Positions 1 to 9,345 of a stretch of 64,000 bases of DNA are shown in pieces. Each line of letters opens with the position of its first letter. Positions within the stretch are counted from its first letter, which is position 1. The stretch comes from an uncultured Actinomycetes bacterium (GTDB lineage Bacteria; Actinomycetota; Thermoleophilia; Solirubrobacterales; Solirubrobacteraceae). The stretch is taken from assembly GCA_963757705.1 (NCBI GenBank), contig CAVWTG010000005.1, positions 9,149 to 73,148 on the forward strand, given 5' to 3'. Made by a program: the position numbers and the translations under genes. The notes below the pieces were generated by a model that searched no databases, was not told the DNA's origin, and was given only the letters and a program-made list of their open reading frames with translations.

Positions 1-1237
1 CGATGCCGATCGCCGCCGGCCCCACGGGCTCCAGCAGCGCCAGCGTGACGGCGACCCAGGCGACGGCGTGGGCGCTGAAGGCCCGCAGCACCGTGGTCGC
101 GTCGCCCGCGGCGTAGAGCCAGCCGACCGTGGCGGCGGCCACGGGACAGCTCATCATCAGCGCGATGCCTCCCAGCCCGAGGATCTCGGGCACGTCGTCC
201 CACTGGTGGCCGAGGATCGACGGCACCAGCGCCGGCGCGCCCGCGGCGATGCTGACCACGATCACCCCGATCGCCACCGCCGTCACCCCGGCGCCGCGCT
301 CCAGCGCCGGGCGGGGGTCGCGCCCGGCCGCCCGCAGCTTGGCCATCGCCGGATACGACACCCGATACAGGGTCGCGAAGAGCAGCAGGGGAACCTGCAT
401 GAAGCGGAAGGCCAGCGCCCAGATGCCCAGGGTCCCGATCCCGCCGATGAGGGCGATGCCGGCGTTTAGCGCCTGGTCGCGCAGCAGTCCCACGCCGCCG
501 GCCGCCTGGAAGCGCACGCCGAAGCCCATCAGCGGCCGCACCTCGCTCCAGTGCAGGCGCGGGCGCACCAGGCCCAGGGGGCTCAGCAGGATCATCGCGA
601 TGCTGCCGGCCAGGCCGCGCATCACGATCGACGAGGCCAGCCCCCACACGCCCGCGCCCAGGGCCACCGTTCCCACGGCCCAGACGTACTGCGCGAGCAG
701 CTCGATCACGTCGACGGTGGCGATGGTCCGGAACGAGAGCTCGCGCTCCATCGCGATCGCCTGCGGGACCCGCAGCGTCGAGAGAGGGAGCGAGACGAGG
801 ATCAGCGCGATGATCTCGCCGCCCTCCCCGAACGGGATCGCTCCCGCCGCGAACACGACGGCGAAGACGGTCGCCGCCGTCAGCTGGATGCCCAGCACGG
901 ACTGCAGCTCGCGCTCGGTCGGCGGCTCCGGCCGCCCGATCAGGGCGATCCCGATCCCGCCGCTGGCCAGGAAGCTGCCGACCAGGGCGACCGTCTGGCC
1001 GAGCGCGACGTAGCCGAAGTCCTTGGGGACCAGCAGCCGCGCGAGGATGAGGTTCGCCACCAGGCCGGCGGCGAGCAGCACGATGTTGCGCACGCCCAGC
1101 GCGGCGGCGCCGCTGGTGGCCCGGCGGCGCACCTCGTCGGCGTCGAGCACATCCGCCGGGACGACGTCGGCCGCGGCCTCGGCCGCCGCCTCAGCGATCA
1201 GGCGCTCCTCCGCCTCCCGGGGGTCGTCAGCCTCCAT
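1..1237 (-). CDS. Wzx-like polysaccharide flippase (MOP superfamily), C-terminus cut by window edge
   Basis: Own reverse-strand translation from ATG 1237..1235 gives MEADDPREAEERLIAEAAAE...GVRNIVLLAAGLVANLILARLLVPKDFGYVALGQTVALVGSFLASGGIGIALIGRPEP... It is open to base 1, has many hydrophobic spans and G/C-rich third positions. It is absent from the ORF track because its stop lies outside the window. The start overlaps the stop of the upstream GT4 gene (ATGGAGGCTGA). Confidence 0.75.
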   Translation of the reverse strand, partial: MEADDPREAEERLIAEAAAEAAADVVPADVLDADEVRRRATSGAAALGVRNIVLLAAGLVANLILARLLVPKDFGYVALGQTVALVGSFLASGGIGIALIGRPEPPTERELQSVLGIQLTAATVFAVVFAAGAIPFGEGGEIIALILVSLPLSTLRVPQAIAMERELSFRTIATVDVIELLAQYVWAVGTVALGAGVWGLASSIVMRGLAGSIAMILLSPLGLVRPRLHWSEVRPLMGFGVRFQAAGGVGLLRDQALNAGIALIGGIGTLGIWALAFRFMQVPLLLFATLYRVSYPAMAKLRAAGRDPRPALERGAGVTAVAIGVIVVSIAAGAPALVPSILGHQWDDVPEILGLGGIALMMSCPVAAATVGWLYAAGDATTVLRAFSAHAVAWVAVTLALLEPVGPAAIGI

Positions 1238-2348
1238 AGACCTCTCGGAGCGCGCCCGCCACCGCCTCGGGCGAGCAGAGCGCTCGGACGGCCGCGAGCG
1301 CGCGCTCGCCCGCCGCCGCGTCGCCGAAGCGGGCGGCCACGAGCTCGGCCAGGCCGGCCTCGTCGCCGGGCGCCGCCAGGCAGTCGTCGGGCACGAGCTC
1401 GATCAGGCCGCCCGTGCGGAAGGCCACCGTGGGCAGGCCGGCGGCCATCGACTCGGCGGCGGCCAGCGGCAGGATCTCGGCGTAGCGCGAGGGCACGATC
1501 GCCAGCGCCGCGCCCGCCCGCAGCTCCGCCAGCGCCGCGCCGTCGACCAGGCCCGCGAAGCGGGCGTCCAGGCCATCCGCGCGCAGGGTCTCGGCCTCGG
1601 CCCGGGCCTGCGCCTCGTCGGGCCCGGCTCCGGCCACGACGATCGGCACCCCGGCGCGCGCGCAGGCGCGCAGCGCGATGTCCACCCCCTTCTCGTGCGA
1701 GAGGCGCCCGGCGTACAGGGCATACGTGCCCGAGGCGGCTCCCGACGCCGAGGCCAGGTCGCGCTGGACCGAGGCGATCGCCCGGGCGCGGTCACCGAGC
1801 GGGGCGCCCAGGTCGTGCAGGCGCCCGAGCGCGAACTCGCTCGGCACCACGAAGGCATCCACCGCGTCGGCCAGGCGGCGCTGCTGGAGCGCCAGGCCCG
1901 CCCCGTAGATCGCCGCCTCGGCCCGCGGCCCGCGACACGCCAGCCTCACGCCCGGCCAGGTGTTGCGGCCATGGCAGCGCGTGCAGTCCTCGCCGCGGGT
2001 GAAGCAGGTGCCCACGGCGCACACGAGCCGGTAGTTGTGCAGATGGAGCACCACCCGGGCGCCCTGCGCGCGCGCCGCCTCCAGCGCGCGGCGCCCGAAC
2101 GCGGGGTTGACGTTGTGGGCGTGCACGACCCGGGCGCCGGTGCGCCGCACGGCGGCGGCCACCTCGTCCGGATCCAGGCCCCCGCGCAGCATCCCGGCGG
2201 CCGCGTCCACGCGGCTCAGCCCGGAGGAGTCGCGCTCGAGGACCTCGGCGTCCTCGCCCATCCGCTCGGTGATCAGCCAGCGCAGGTCCGCGACGGCCCG
2301 CTCCTCGCCGCCGGTCGTTCGGTAGCGGTTGTGCAGGAGCAGAATCAC
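1227..2348 (-). CDS. Glycosyltransferase family 4 (GT-B fold) with Cys-rich insertion
   Basis: ORF-track 373 aa. GT4 hallmarks are YAGRLSHEKGVD and PSRYAEILPLAAAESMAAGLPTVAF. A Cys cluster CAVGTC-x6-CTRC sits between the two Rossmann halves. Confidence 0.85.
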   Translation of the reverse strand: MILLLHNRYRTTGGEERAVADLRWLITERMGEDAEVLERDSSGLSRVDAAAGMLRGGLDPDEVAAAVRRTGARVVHAHNVNPAFGRRALEAARAQGARVVLHLHNYRLVCAVGTCFTRGEDCTRCHGRNTWPGVRLACRGPRAEAAIYGAGLALQQRRLADAVDAFVVPSEFALGRLHDLGAPLGDRARAIASVQRDLASASGAASGTYALYAGRLSHEKGVDIALRACARAGVPIVVAGAGPDEAQARAEAETLRADGLDARFAGLVDGAALAELRAGAALAIVPSRYAEILPLAAAESMAAGLPTVAFRTGGLIELVPDDCLAAPGDEAGLAELVAARFGDAAAGERALAAVRALCSPEAVAGALREVYGG

Positions 2349-2378
2349 GGACGGAACACAATCGCGACACTACCGGCG

Positions 2379-4037
2379 ATGCCCGAGCCCACTCCCACCG
2401 CCTCGATCGTCGTTCCCAGCCGCGGGCGGGCGGGCTACCTCGACGTCGCCCTGGCCTCGATCGCCCCCGCCGCCCGGGCCTCCGGGGCCGAATTGCTGGT
2501 CGTGATCGACGGCGAGGACCCGGACACCCTGGCCACGGCGCAGCGCCACGGCGCGAGCGTGGCCCAGCACGCCGAGCCGCGCGGCCTCAACGCGGCGCGC
2601 AACACCGGCGCGGCGGCCACGACCGGCGAGCTGGTGGTGTTCGCCGACGACGACGTCGAGGTCCCGGCGGGCTGGCTGGACGCGCTGCTGGCGGGCGCGC
2701 GGGCCGAGCCGCGGGCCGACGTCTTCGGGGGACCGATCCGCGCGCGGCTGGAGGGCTGCCGCGTGCCCATGTGCGGGCGCGAGGCGCCGCCGGTCACGGT
2801 CCTCGACCTCGGCCCGGACGACCGCGACGCCGAGCGCGTGTGGGGCGCGAACATGACCATCCGCCGCTCGGCCCTGGAGCGCGTGGGCCCGTTCGACGCC
2901 GGCCTGGACCTCTACGGGGACGAGGAGGAGTGGCAGGCCCGCCTGCGGGCCGGCGGCGGGCGCATCCGCTACCTGGCCGCCGCGGGCCTCGACCACCGCC
3001 GCGCCCGGCCCGACACGACCCTGCCCGCCCTGATGCGCGCGGCCGCGGGGCGAGGGCGCAACTCGCGGCGCTTCGACACCCGCCGCGGCGAGCCGCCGAC
3101 GCTGGCGCGCGAGGCGCGCGTCCTCGCCGGATGCCTGTGGCACACGGCGCGCCGGCGCTGCGGCAACGGGCTCGTCATGGCCGCGCACAGCGCCGGGCGC
3201 ATCGGGGAGGCGCTTCGCCCGGCACCCGCGCCCGGGCCCGACTTCCTCATCGGGCGCAGCGGGACCGTGGGCGGGCGCCGGGAGAAGCTGCTGGCCGCCC
3301 GCGACGCCGGGCTGGACGCGCGCGACGCGCTGTCGGGCCGACGCGCGCGCCTGGCCCGCGCCGCGCGCTCCTCCCCGCCCACCCGCCGCGTGCTCGTCGC
3401 GGGAGTCGACCGGCCGGAGCTGGACGGCCTGATGGACGCCGCCCGCGCCGAGCTGGCGCGCTCGCGTCACGCGCTGGAGTTCGCGATCGCCCCGGGCACG
3501 GCCGGCCGGGGGAAGTTCCAGAACCTCAACGACCAGCTCGCCGCGCACCCGGCGGCGGGCCACGACTGGCTGCTGGTCCTCGACGACGACGTCCGGCTGC
3601 CGCGCGACTTCCTCGACGTCCTGCTGTTCTGCGCCGAGCGCTACGACCTGAAGGTCGTCCAGCCCGCGCACCGGTTGCGCTCCCACGCCGCGTGGCCGGT
3701 GACCCGGCGGCGCGCCGGCAGCGTCGCGCGCGAGACCGCGTTCGTGGAGATCGGCCCCGTCACCGCCTTCCACCGCGACACGTTCGCCGAGCTGCTGCCC
3801 TTCCCCGACCTGAAGATGGGCTGGGGACTGGACGTCCACTGGGCGGCCCGGGCGCGCGAGCGCGGCTGGCGCCTCGGCGTCGTCGACGCCGTGCCCGTGC
3901 AGCACGCGCTGCGCCCGGCGGCCAGCGAGTACGACCGCGAGCGCGCCGTGGCCGAGGCGGCCGAGTTCCTCGCCGAGCGCCCCTACGTTCCCGCCGCGCA
4001 GGCCGACCGCACGCTGGCCGTGCACCGCACGTGGTGA
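2379..4037 (+). CDS. Two-domain GT2-family glycosyltransferase
   Basis: The real start is ATG 2379 (MPEPTPTASIVVPSRGRAGYLD...) inside the longer track ORF 1023..4037. The N-terminal GT2 domain has VVFADDDVEV. A second GT2-like module has WLLVLDDDVRLP. Confidence 0.8.
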   Translation: MPEPTPTASIVVPSRGRAGYLDVALASIAPAARASGAELLVVIDGEDPDTLATAQRHGASVAQHAEPRGLNAARNTGAAATTGELVVFADDDVEVPAGWLDALLAGARAEPRADVFGGPIRARLEGCRVPMCGREAPPVTVLDLGPDDRDAERVWGANMTIRRSALERVGPFDAGLDLYGDEEEWQARLRAGGGRIRYLAAAGLDHRRARPDTTLPALMRAAAGRGRNSRRFDTRRGEPPTLAREARVLAGCLWHTARRRCGNGLVMAAHSAGRIGEALRPAPAPGPDFLIGRSGTVGGRREKLLAARDAGLDARDALSGRRARLARAARSSPPTRRVLVAGVDRPELDGLMDAARAELARSRHALEFAIAPGTAGRGKFQNLNDQLAAHPAAGHDWLLVLDDDVRLPRDFLDVLLFCAERYDLKVVQPAHRLRSHAAWPVTRRRAGSVARETAFVEIGPVTAFHRDTFAELLPFPDLKMGWGLDVHWAARARERGWRLGVVDAVPVQHALRPAASEYDRERAVAEAAEFLAERPYVPAAQADRTLAVHRTW

Positions 4038-5212
4038 AGGTCGCGGTCGTCGCCGAGTACTACCCGCGCGCCGCCGACCCGGTGCTCGGGGTCTGGGCGC
4101 ACCGCCAGGCGCTGGCCGCGCGAGAGGCCGGGGCCGACGTCCGGGTCCTGGTCCTGCACCGCCCGGTCCCGCCCGCGGCCGCCGTGCGCGGGCGCGACCG
4201 GCGGGCGATCGCGGCGCCGCTGCGCCAGCCCGCCCGCGCCACGCTGGACGGGCTCGACGTGCGCTACGTGCGCTACGTCTCCCCGCCCCGCGGCCGGGCC
4301 TACGGCTCGTGGGGCGCCTGGGCCGCGCGCCCGCTGCGCCGCGCGCTGGCGGAGCTGCGCCGCGAGTTCGACTTCGACCTGATCCACGCCCACTACGCCG
4401 CCCCGGCCGGGGACGCCGTGCGCCGCGCGGCGCCCGGCGTGCCCATGGTCGTCTCCGTCCACGGCGGCGACGTCCTGTCCGTGGTGCGGCGAGGGCCCCG
4501 CGCGCGCGGCGCCGTGGAGGGAGCGCTGCGCCACGCCCGGCTCGTCCTGGCCAACAGCGGGTGGACCGCGGAGCTGGCCCGCGAGCACGGCGCCCGCGCC
4601 ACCCGCGTCGTGCACCTCGGCACCGACCTCCCCGCGCCGCACGACGCCGACGGGCCGGGACGCGGGGCTCCGGCCCTCGTCTCCGTCGGGCATCTCGTGG
4701 GGCGAAAGCGCCACGCGGACGTCCTGCGCGTGCTGTGGACCCTGCGCGACAGCCATCCCGACCTGCGCTACGTCGTCGTCGGCGACGGGCCCGAGCGCGA
4801 GCGGCTGGCCGGCCTGGCCCGCGACCTGGGCGTGGCCGAGCGGGTGGAGCTGCGCGGCCAGCTGCCGCCCGCGCAGGCGCGGGCCGAGGCCTGGCAGGGG
4901 ACGGCCTTCGTGCTGCCCAGCGTCGACGAGGCCTTTGGCGTTGCCTACGTGGAGGCCATGGCCGGCGGCGTTCCGGCCATCGGGTGCCGCGGCGAGGGCG
5001 GCCCGGAGGAGATCGCGGCGGCCGGCGGTGGCATCCGCCTCGTCCCGCCCGGGGACGTCGAGGCGCTCGCGGCCGAGGTGGAGCACATCCTGGCCGACCC
5101 GCGCTGGGCCCGCGAGCTGGGCCAGGCGGCGCGGGCGACGGTGGAGGCCTCGTTCACCTGGGAGCGCTGCGGGCGCGAGACGGTGGCGGCCTACCGGGAC
5201 GCGCTGGCGTGA
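4034..5212 (+). CDS. Glycosyltransferase family 4
   Basis: GTG 4034 overlaps the upstream stop (GTGA). Translation is VKVAVVAEYYPRAADPVLGVW...VSVGHLVGRKRHADVL...LPSVDEAFGVAYVEAMAGGVPAIG, within track ORF 2771..5212. Confidence 0.85.
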   Translation: MKVAVVAEYYPRAADPVLGVWAHRQALAAREAGADVRVLVLHRPVPPAAAVRGRDRRAIAAPLRQPARATLDGLDVRYVRYVSPPRGRAYGSWGAWAARPLRRALAELRREFDFDLIHAHYAAPAGDAVRRAAPGVPMVVSVHGGDVLSVVRRGPRARGAVEGALRHARLVLANSGWTAELAREHGARATRVVHLGTDLPAPHDADGPGRGAPALVSVGHLVGRKRHADVLRVLWTLRDSHPDLRYVVVGDGPERERLAGLARDLGVAERVELRGQLPPAQARAEAWQGTAFVLPSVDEAFGVAYVEAMAGGVPAIGCRGEGGPEEIAAAGGGIRLVPPGDVEALAAEVEHILADPRWARELGQAARATVEASFTWERCGRETVAAYRDALA

Positions 5213-6297
5213 GCGACGACCGGCCCGTTCTCCTTGTGACCAACTACGTGCCGCCCGCGCGCGTGGGCGCGTTCGCCGCCCTCGCCGAGCGGCTTCCGCT
5301 GGACCTCGCCCTGTTCGGCGGCCGCGTGCACCACGGGGGCGTCGGGCAGGGCGAGGACTCCGGACCGCCGGCGCGGCGGATCTCCCAGGGCGAGGCCCGC
5401 GCCCTGGCCGCGAGCGGACGCTATCGCGCCGTGATCGCCGGGACCGTGGGCCGCACGGCGCTGCCCGCCGCCTACCTCGGGGCCCGCCGCGGCCGGACCC
5501 CGTTCGTCCTGTGGGCGACCCTGTGGGCGCAGCCGGCCGGGCCCGCCGGCCTGGCCGGCTATCCGGCGCTGCGCTGGATCTACTCCCACGCCGACGCGGT
5601 CGCCACCTACGGCCCGCACGTCTCCGACTACGTGCGCGCCCGGGGCGCGACCCGCGTGTACGACGCCCCGCAGGCGGTCGACGGCGGGTTCTGGGGCGCC
5701 GAGGTGGACGCCGCGGAGGCCCAGAGCCACCGCCGTGCGCCCTTCCAGGTGGTGTTTGCCGCGCGCATGTTGCGGGAAAAGGGCATCCGGATGCTCATCT
5801 CGGCCTGGAGGAAGACGGCCTCGCAGCATCCGATGCCGCGCTGATCCTGGTGGGCGACGGCCCGGATTCACCCCGGGCCGCGCCCCCTGGGGCTCATCTG
5901 CGAGGGACGCCTGAGCCCGCAGGAGGTGCGCAACTTCTACGCGGCATCGGACGTTGTGGTCATACCGTCGATTCGAACGCGGACCTTCCGCGAGCCATGG
6001 GGGATGGTGGCCAACGAAGCCATGCACCAGGGACTTCCCGTCATAGCCACCGATGCCGTCGGCGCCGCCGCGGGCGGCCTCGTGCGCGACGGTCGCAACG
6101 GGCTCGTCGTCACCGCCGGCGACGACCGGGCGCTGGCCGCGGCGATCCGCCGCCTGCACGACGATCCCGCGGAGCGTTCGCGGCTCGCCGCCGCCGCGCG
6201 CGCCGACGTCGGGCCCTACACGCACGCCGCCTGGGCGAGCGCGATGGCCCGCGCCGTGGCCGACGCGACCAGCGCCCGGCGGGGCGGGGGGTGCTAG
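5209..6297 (+). pseudogene. Glycosyltransferase family 4, disrupted by two compensating frame changes
   Basis: GTG 5209 overlaps the upstream stop (GTGA). The N-terminal part (VSDDRPVLLVTNYVPP...FQVVFAARMLREKGI) is in coordinate frame 1 and hits TGA at 5842-5844. The conserved LAASDAALILVGDGPD is in frame 0 (about 5815-5866). The C-terminal part (GLICEGRLSPQEVRNFYAASDVVVIPS...EPWGMVANEAMHQGLPVIAT) is back in frame 1 and ends at 6297. Confidence 0.7.
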
Positions 6298-6344
6298 CTT
6301 TGACTGCTCGCATCGTCCGGGGCCGGCGATCCCCGAACCTCCCC

Positions 6345-6989
6345 ATGCGCAGGCTTCCTGCAGTCCTCATCCTCCTGACCGGCCTGCTCGCGCTTCCGGC
6401 CATCGCCGGTGCCAGCGGGCGCTCAGTCGTGCGCGACTGCACGGACAACGGGCGCATCGACTCCCATCACTCCCAGAGCGACTACAAGAGCGCGCTGGGC
6501 AGCCTCCCCAGCGACGTCGACGAGTACACCGACTGCCGCCAGATCATCGAGCAGGCCAAGCGCCGCGACGCGCGGGCCGACTCCAACTCGGGCGGCTCCG
6601 GCGGCTCGGGCGGCTCCGGCGGAGGCGGCGGCGGAACGACCGGGGGCGGCGGATTCGGCTCGACCGGCTCGGGCGCGGGCTTTGACTCCGTGACCCCGCC
6701 CCCGGCCAGCAACATCCCGCCCACGTCCGCGGAGAGCAACGCCGTCGCGCAGGCGGCCGCCAACGGCGGCGCCCCGGTGGCCGTCGCCGGCGAGCCGATC
6801 ACGCCGGGCGGGAGCGGTTTGACCGAAGCCGCGTTCCGCCACGACGTGCCCGGGCCGCTGCTCGCCCTCATCGTCCTCCTCGGCCTCGGCGCCCTCGCCA
6901 TGACCGTCTCGGGCGCCCGCGCCCGGGGAATGCGCGCGCCGGGCCCCGCCCTGCGTGTCTTCGATCGTGTCTTCCCCCGTAGGGCTTGA
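6345..6989 (+). CDS. Secreted/membrane-anchored hypothetical protein with Gly/Ser-rich spacer
   Basis: ATG 6345 gives MRRLPAVLILLTGLLALPAIAGASG, a signal-peptide-like start. It continues through a GGSGGSGGSGGGGGG low-complexity block to a C-terminal hydrophobic span (PLLALIVLLGLGALAMTV) followed by basic residues. It is the last part of track ORF 4935..6989. Confidence 0.6.
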   Translation: MRRLPAVLILLTGLLALPAIAGASGRSVVRDCTDNGRIDSHHSQSDYKSALGSLPSDVDEYTDCRQIIEQAKRRDARADSNSGGSGGSGGSGGGGGGTTGGGGFGSTGSGAGFDSVTPPPASNIPPTSAESNAVAQAAANGGAPVAVAGEPITPGGSGLTEAAFRHDVPGPLLALIVLLGLGALAMTVSGARARGMRAPGPALRVFDRVFPRRA

Positions 6990-9345
6990 GGCACCGCCCG
7001 TAGAGCTCGCGCCCGAGGGCGTCGAGTGGGAGGGCCTCGAGACACTTCCCGCGGAGCCGGTCGCGCCCTCGCGCGGGCCCGGCACCAAGATCGCCGTCGG
7101 CCTCGCCGTGCTGATCGTCCTCACGGGCCTGATCGCCAAGGGCGGCTCGACGCTGGGTTCGGTGACGCTCATCGAGATCGCCCTCACCCTGATCGGCTCG
7201 GGGGTCGCGGTCGCGGCGATCCTGCGCGCGCCCACCCCGCGGCGCGCCTGGGGCGCGGGCGCCCTGCTCGGCGTCGCCGCCCTGACCGTGTGGACCGGCC
7301 TCTCGGTGATCTGGTCGGTCACGCCCGATGCCTCGTGGATCGACGCCAACCGCGCCATCGCCTACCTCTTCGCCTTCGCCGGGGCCATCGGCCTGGCCCG
7401 GCTGTGGGGACTGCGCGCCGGCTCGGTCCTCGCCGGCATCCTCGCCGGGGCGACCACGATCTCCGTGATCGCGCTGGCGCTGAAGTCCTTCCCGGTGGCC
7501 TTCAACTCGACCCAGGACCTGGCGCGCCTGCGCGACCCGCTCGACTACTGGAACGCGCTCGGGCTGATGGCCGCCTTCGCCGTCCCGACCGCCCTGTGGC
7601 TGGGCGCGCGGCGCGAGGGGCCGCCCGCGCTGCGGGCGCTGGCATGGCCGCTGCTCGGCCTGGCGATCGTCGTGGTGATGCTCTCGTACTCGCGCGGCGT
7701 GCTCATCGCGCTCGTCGTCGGCGTCGCCTTCTGGTTCGCCTTTGTGCCGCTGCGCCTGCGCGGCCTGGCCGTCCTGGCCGGGGGAACCGCCGGCGGGGCC
7801 GCCGTGACCGTCTGGGCGTTCGCCCAGGACGCGCTGTCCAAGGACCGGGCGCCGCTGCCCGACCGCGTGGACTCCGGCCAGACGCTGGCTCTTCTGTGCA
7901 TCGCGATGATCGTCGTGCTGTTCGCGATCGGCCTGGCCGTCAACCGGCGCCTCGACCGCCGGCCGCTGAGCGAGCGCTGGCGCGAGCGCGTCGGCCTCGG
8001 GGCGCTGGGAATCGGCGCCGGGGTGCTCGTCGCCGCGGTCGTCGGGCTCTCGGTCACCGGCGGCGGCCCGAGCGCCCGCGTGTCGCGCGCCTGGGACAAC
8101 TTCTTCTCCACGAACAAGGCCTCCACGACCTACGGGCCGGGTCGCCTGAAGTCGATCGGGACGCGGCGCGGGAGCTACTGGCGCGAGGCCTACGACGTCT
8201 GGAAGGCCGACAAGGTGCTCGGCGCCGGGGCCAACGGCTACCTCGTGGCGCGCAAGCGCTACCGCAAGGAGCCGATCGAGGTGACCCACGCCCACGGCTA
8301 CGTGCCTCAGACGGCCGCCGACCTCGGGCTCGTGGGCCTCGGCCTCTCGCTGTTCGCGCTGCTGGCCTGGATCGTGGCCGCCGCCCGCACCTGCGGGTCG
8401 CGACGGCGCTTCGCGATCACCCAGCTCGACCCGCGCCGCCTGCCCGCCTGGGGCAAGCGCGCCGGCGAGCGCCTCGCCCGCGTGCCCGCGGCGGTGGGAC
8501 GGATCCCCTCCACGTTCGCCGCGCGCGCCGACCGCGCCGCACCCCGGCGCCCCGTCGACGGCGACCGGGTGGCGATGCTCACGCTGGCCACGATCGTGCT
8601 CACCTTCGGCGTGCACTCGCTGATCGACTGGACCTGGTTCGTGCCGGGCACCGCGCTCGTGGCGCTCGTGGCCGCCGGCTACGTGGCCGGGCGCGGGCCG
8701 CGGGGCGTTCCCGGCGCCGAGCATCCCCGGCCCTTCTCCAACCGTGTCGTCGCCGCGGCGGCCCTGACCGTCGTCGGGCTCGCGGCCGCGTGGGCGATCT
8801 GGCAGCCGCTGCGCTCCGACAAGGCCGACGACGCGGCGCTCGCGGCGCTGGACGCCGGCGCGCCCAACGACGCGCGCGTCGAGGCGCAGGAGGCGCACAA
8901 GCGCGACCCGCTCGCGCTGCGCCCGCTCTTCGACCTGGCGACGATCGAGGACGCCGCCGGACGGCGCGACCTGGCCCAGAAGGCGCTGGAGCAGGCCGTC
9001 CGCCTCCAGCCCGCCAACCCGGAGGCCTGGTCGCAGCTGGCCAACTACCAGCTCAACACCCTTCAGCAGGCCACGCCGGCCTTCCAGTCCGCTCGCGCGG
9101 CGCTGTTCCTCGATCCCAAGTCCGCCGCGGCGCAGGCGCTGTTCCTCGACGCCTACCGCCGCCTCCCGCGCCGGCCGGTCGGACAGGGCGGGCGCAGGAA
9201 GCCCAACGCGGGCAAGGTCCTGGGCGCGCTGGAGAAGCTCGGCTCCGGCAAGGGCGCCGGCGCTTCGGGCTCAGGTGGTGCCGCCGCCTCGGGCGGGGCA
9301 GCGACGCCGAGCGTTCCCAAGCCGCAGGGGCAGGGCACGAAGTGA
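6955..9345 (+). CDS. O-antigen ligase/polymerase-family membrane protein with C-terminal TPR-like region
   Basis: ORF-track 796 aa. It has more than 10 hydrophobic spans and a Wzy_C-like core (VVVMLSYSRGVLIALVVGVAFWF). A soluble tail carries TPR-like helices (ALEQAVRLQPANPEAWSQLANYQL). The exact start is uncertain. Confidence 0.8.
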   Translation: MSSIVSSPVGLEAPPVELAPEGVEWEGLETLPAEPVAPSRGPGTKIAVGLAVLIVLTGLIAKGGSTLGSVTLIEIALTLIGSGVAVAAILRAPTPRRAWGAGALLGVAALTVWTGLSVIWSVTPDASWIDANRAIAYLFAFAGAIGLARLWGLRAGSVLAGILAGATTISVIALALKSFPVAFNSTQDLARLRDPLDYWNALGLMAAFAVPTALWLGARREGPPALRALAWPLLGLAIVVVMLSYSRGVLIALVVGVAFWFAFVPLRLRGLAVLAGGTAGGAAVTVWAFAQDALSKDRAPLPDRVDSGQTLALLCIAMIVVLFAIGLAVNRRLDRRPLSERWRERVGLGALGIGAGVLVAAVVGLSVTGGGPSARVSRAWDNFFSTNKASTTYGPGRLKSIGTRRGSYWREAYDVWKADKVLGAGANGYLVARKRYRKEPIEVTHAHGYVPQTAADLGLVGLGLSLFALLAWIVAAARTCGSRRRFAITQLDPRRLPAWGKRAGERLARVPAAVGRIPSTFAARADRAAPRRPVDGDRVAMLTLATIVLTFGVHSLIDWTWFVPGTALVALVAAGYVAGRGPRGVPGAEHPRPFSNRVVAAAALTVVGLAAAWAIWQPLRSDKADDAALAALDAGAPNDARVEAQEAHKRDPLALRPLFDLATIEDAAGRRDLAQKALEQAVRLQPANPEAWSQLANYQLNTLQQATPAFQSARAALFLDPKSAAAQALFLDAYRRLPRRPVGQGGRRKPNAGKVLGALEKLGSGKGAGASGSGGAAASGGAATPSVPKPQGQGTK

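Noticed and set aside
551-2002. 483-aa + strand ORF (and 129..1013, 1023..2378 part of 1023..4037) overlapping the flippase and first GT4 genes
   Set aside because: The translations are Arg/Pro/Gly/Ala runs with no domain signatures. The opposite strand encodes clearly recognisable flippase and GT4 proteins. Such open antisense frames are expected at this G+C content.
6590-6665. GGC-TCN/GGC repeat tract (also the PT-linker repeats at 60340-60590 and poly-Pro tract at 61880-61915) considered as a possible CRISPR or minisatellite
   Set aside because: The units are 3-12 nt, in frame, and encode Gly/Ser, Pro/Thr or Pro linkers inside ORFs. There is no repeat-spacer architecture.
7026-9341. N-terminal 770 codons of track ORF 7026..11003 (+)
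   Set aside because: This part is out of frame with the convincing O-antigen-ligase gene (6955-9345). The real hydrolase gene begins at GTG 9342 with a signal peptide.
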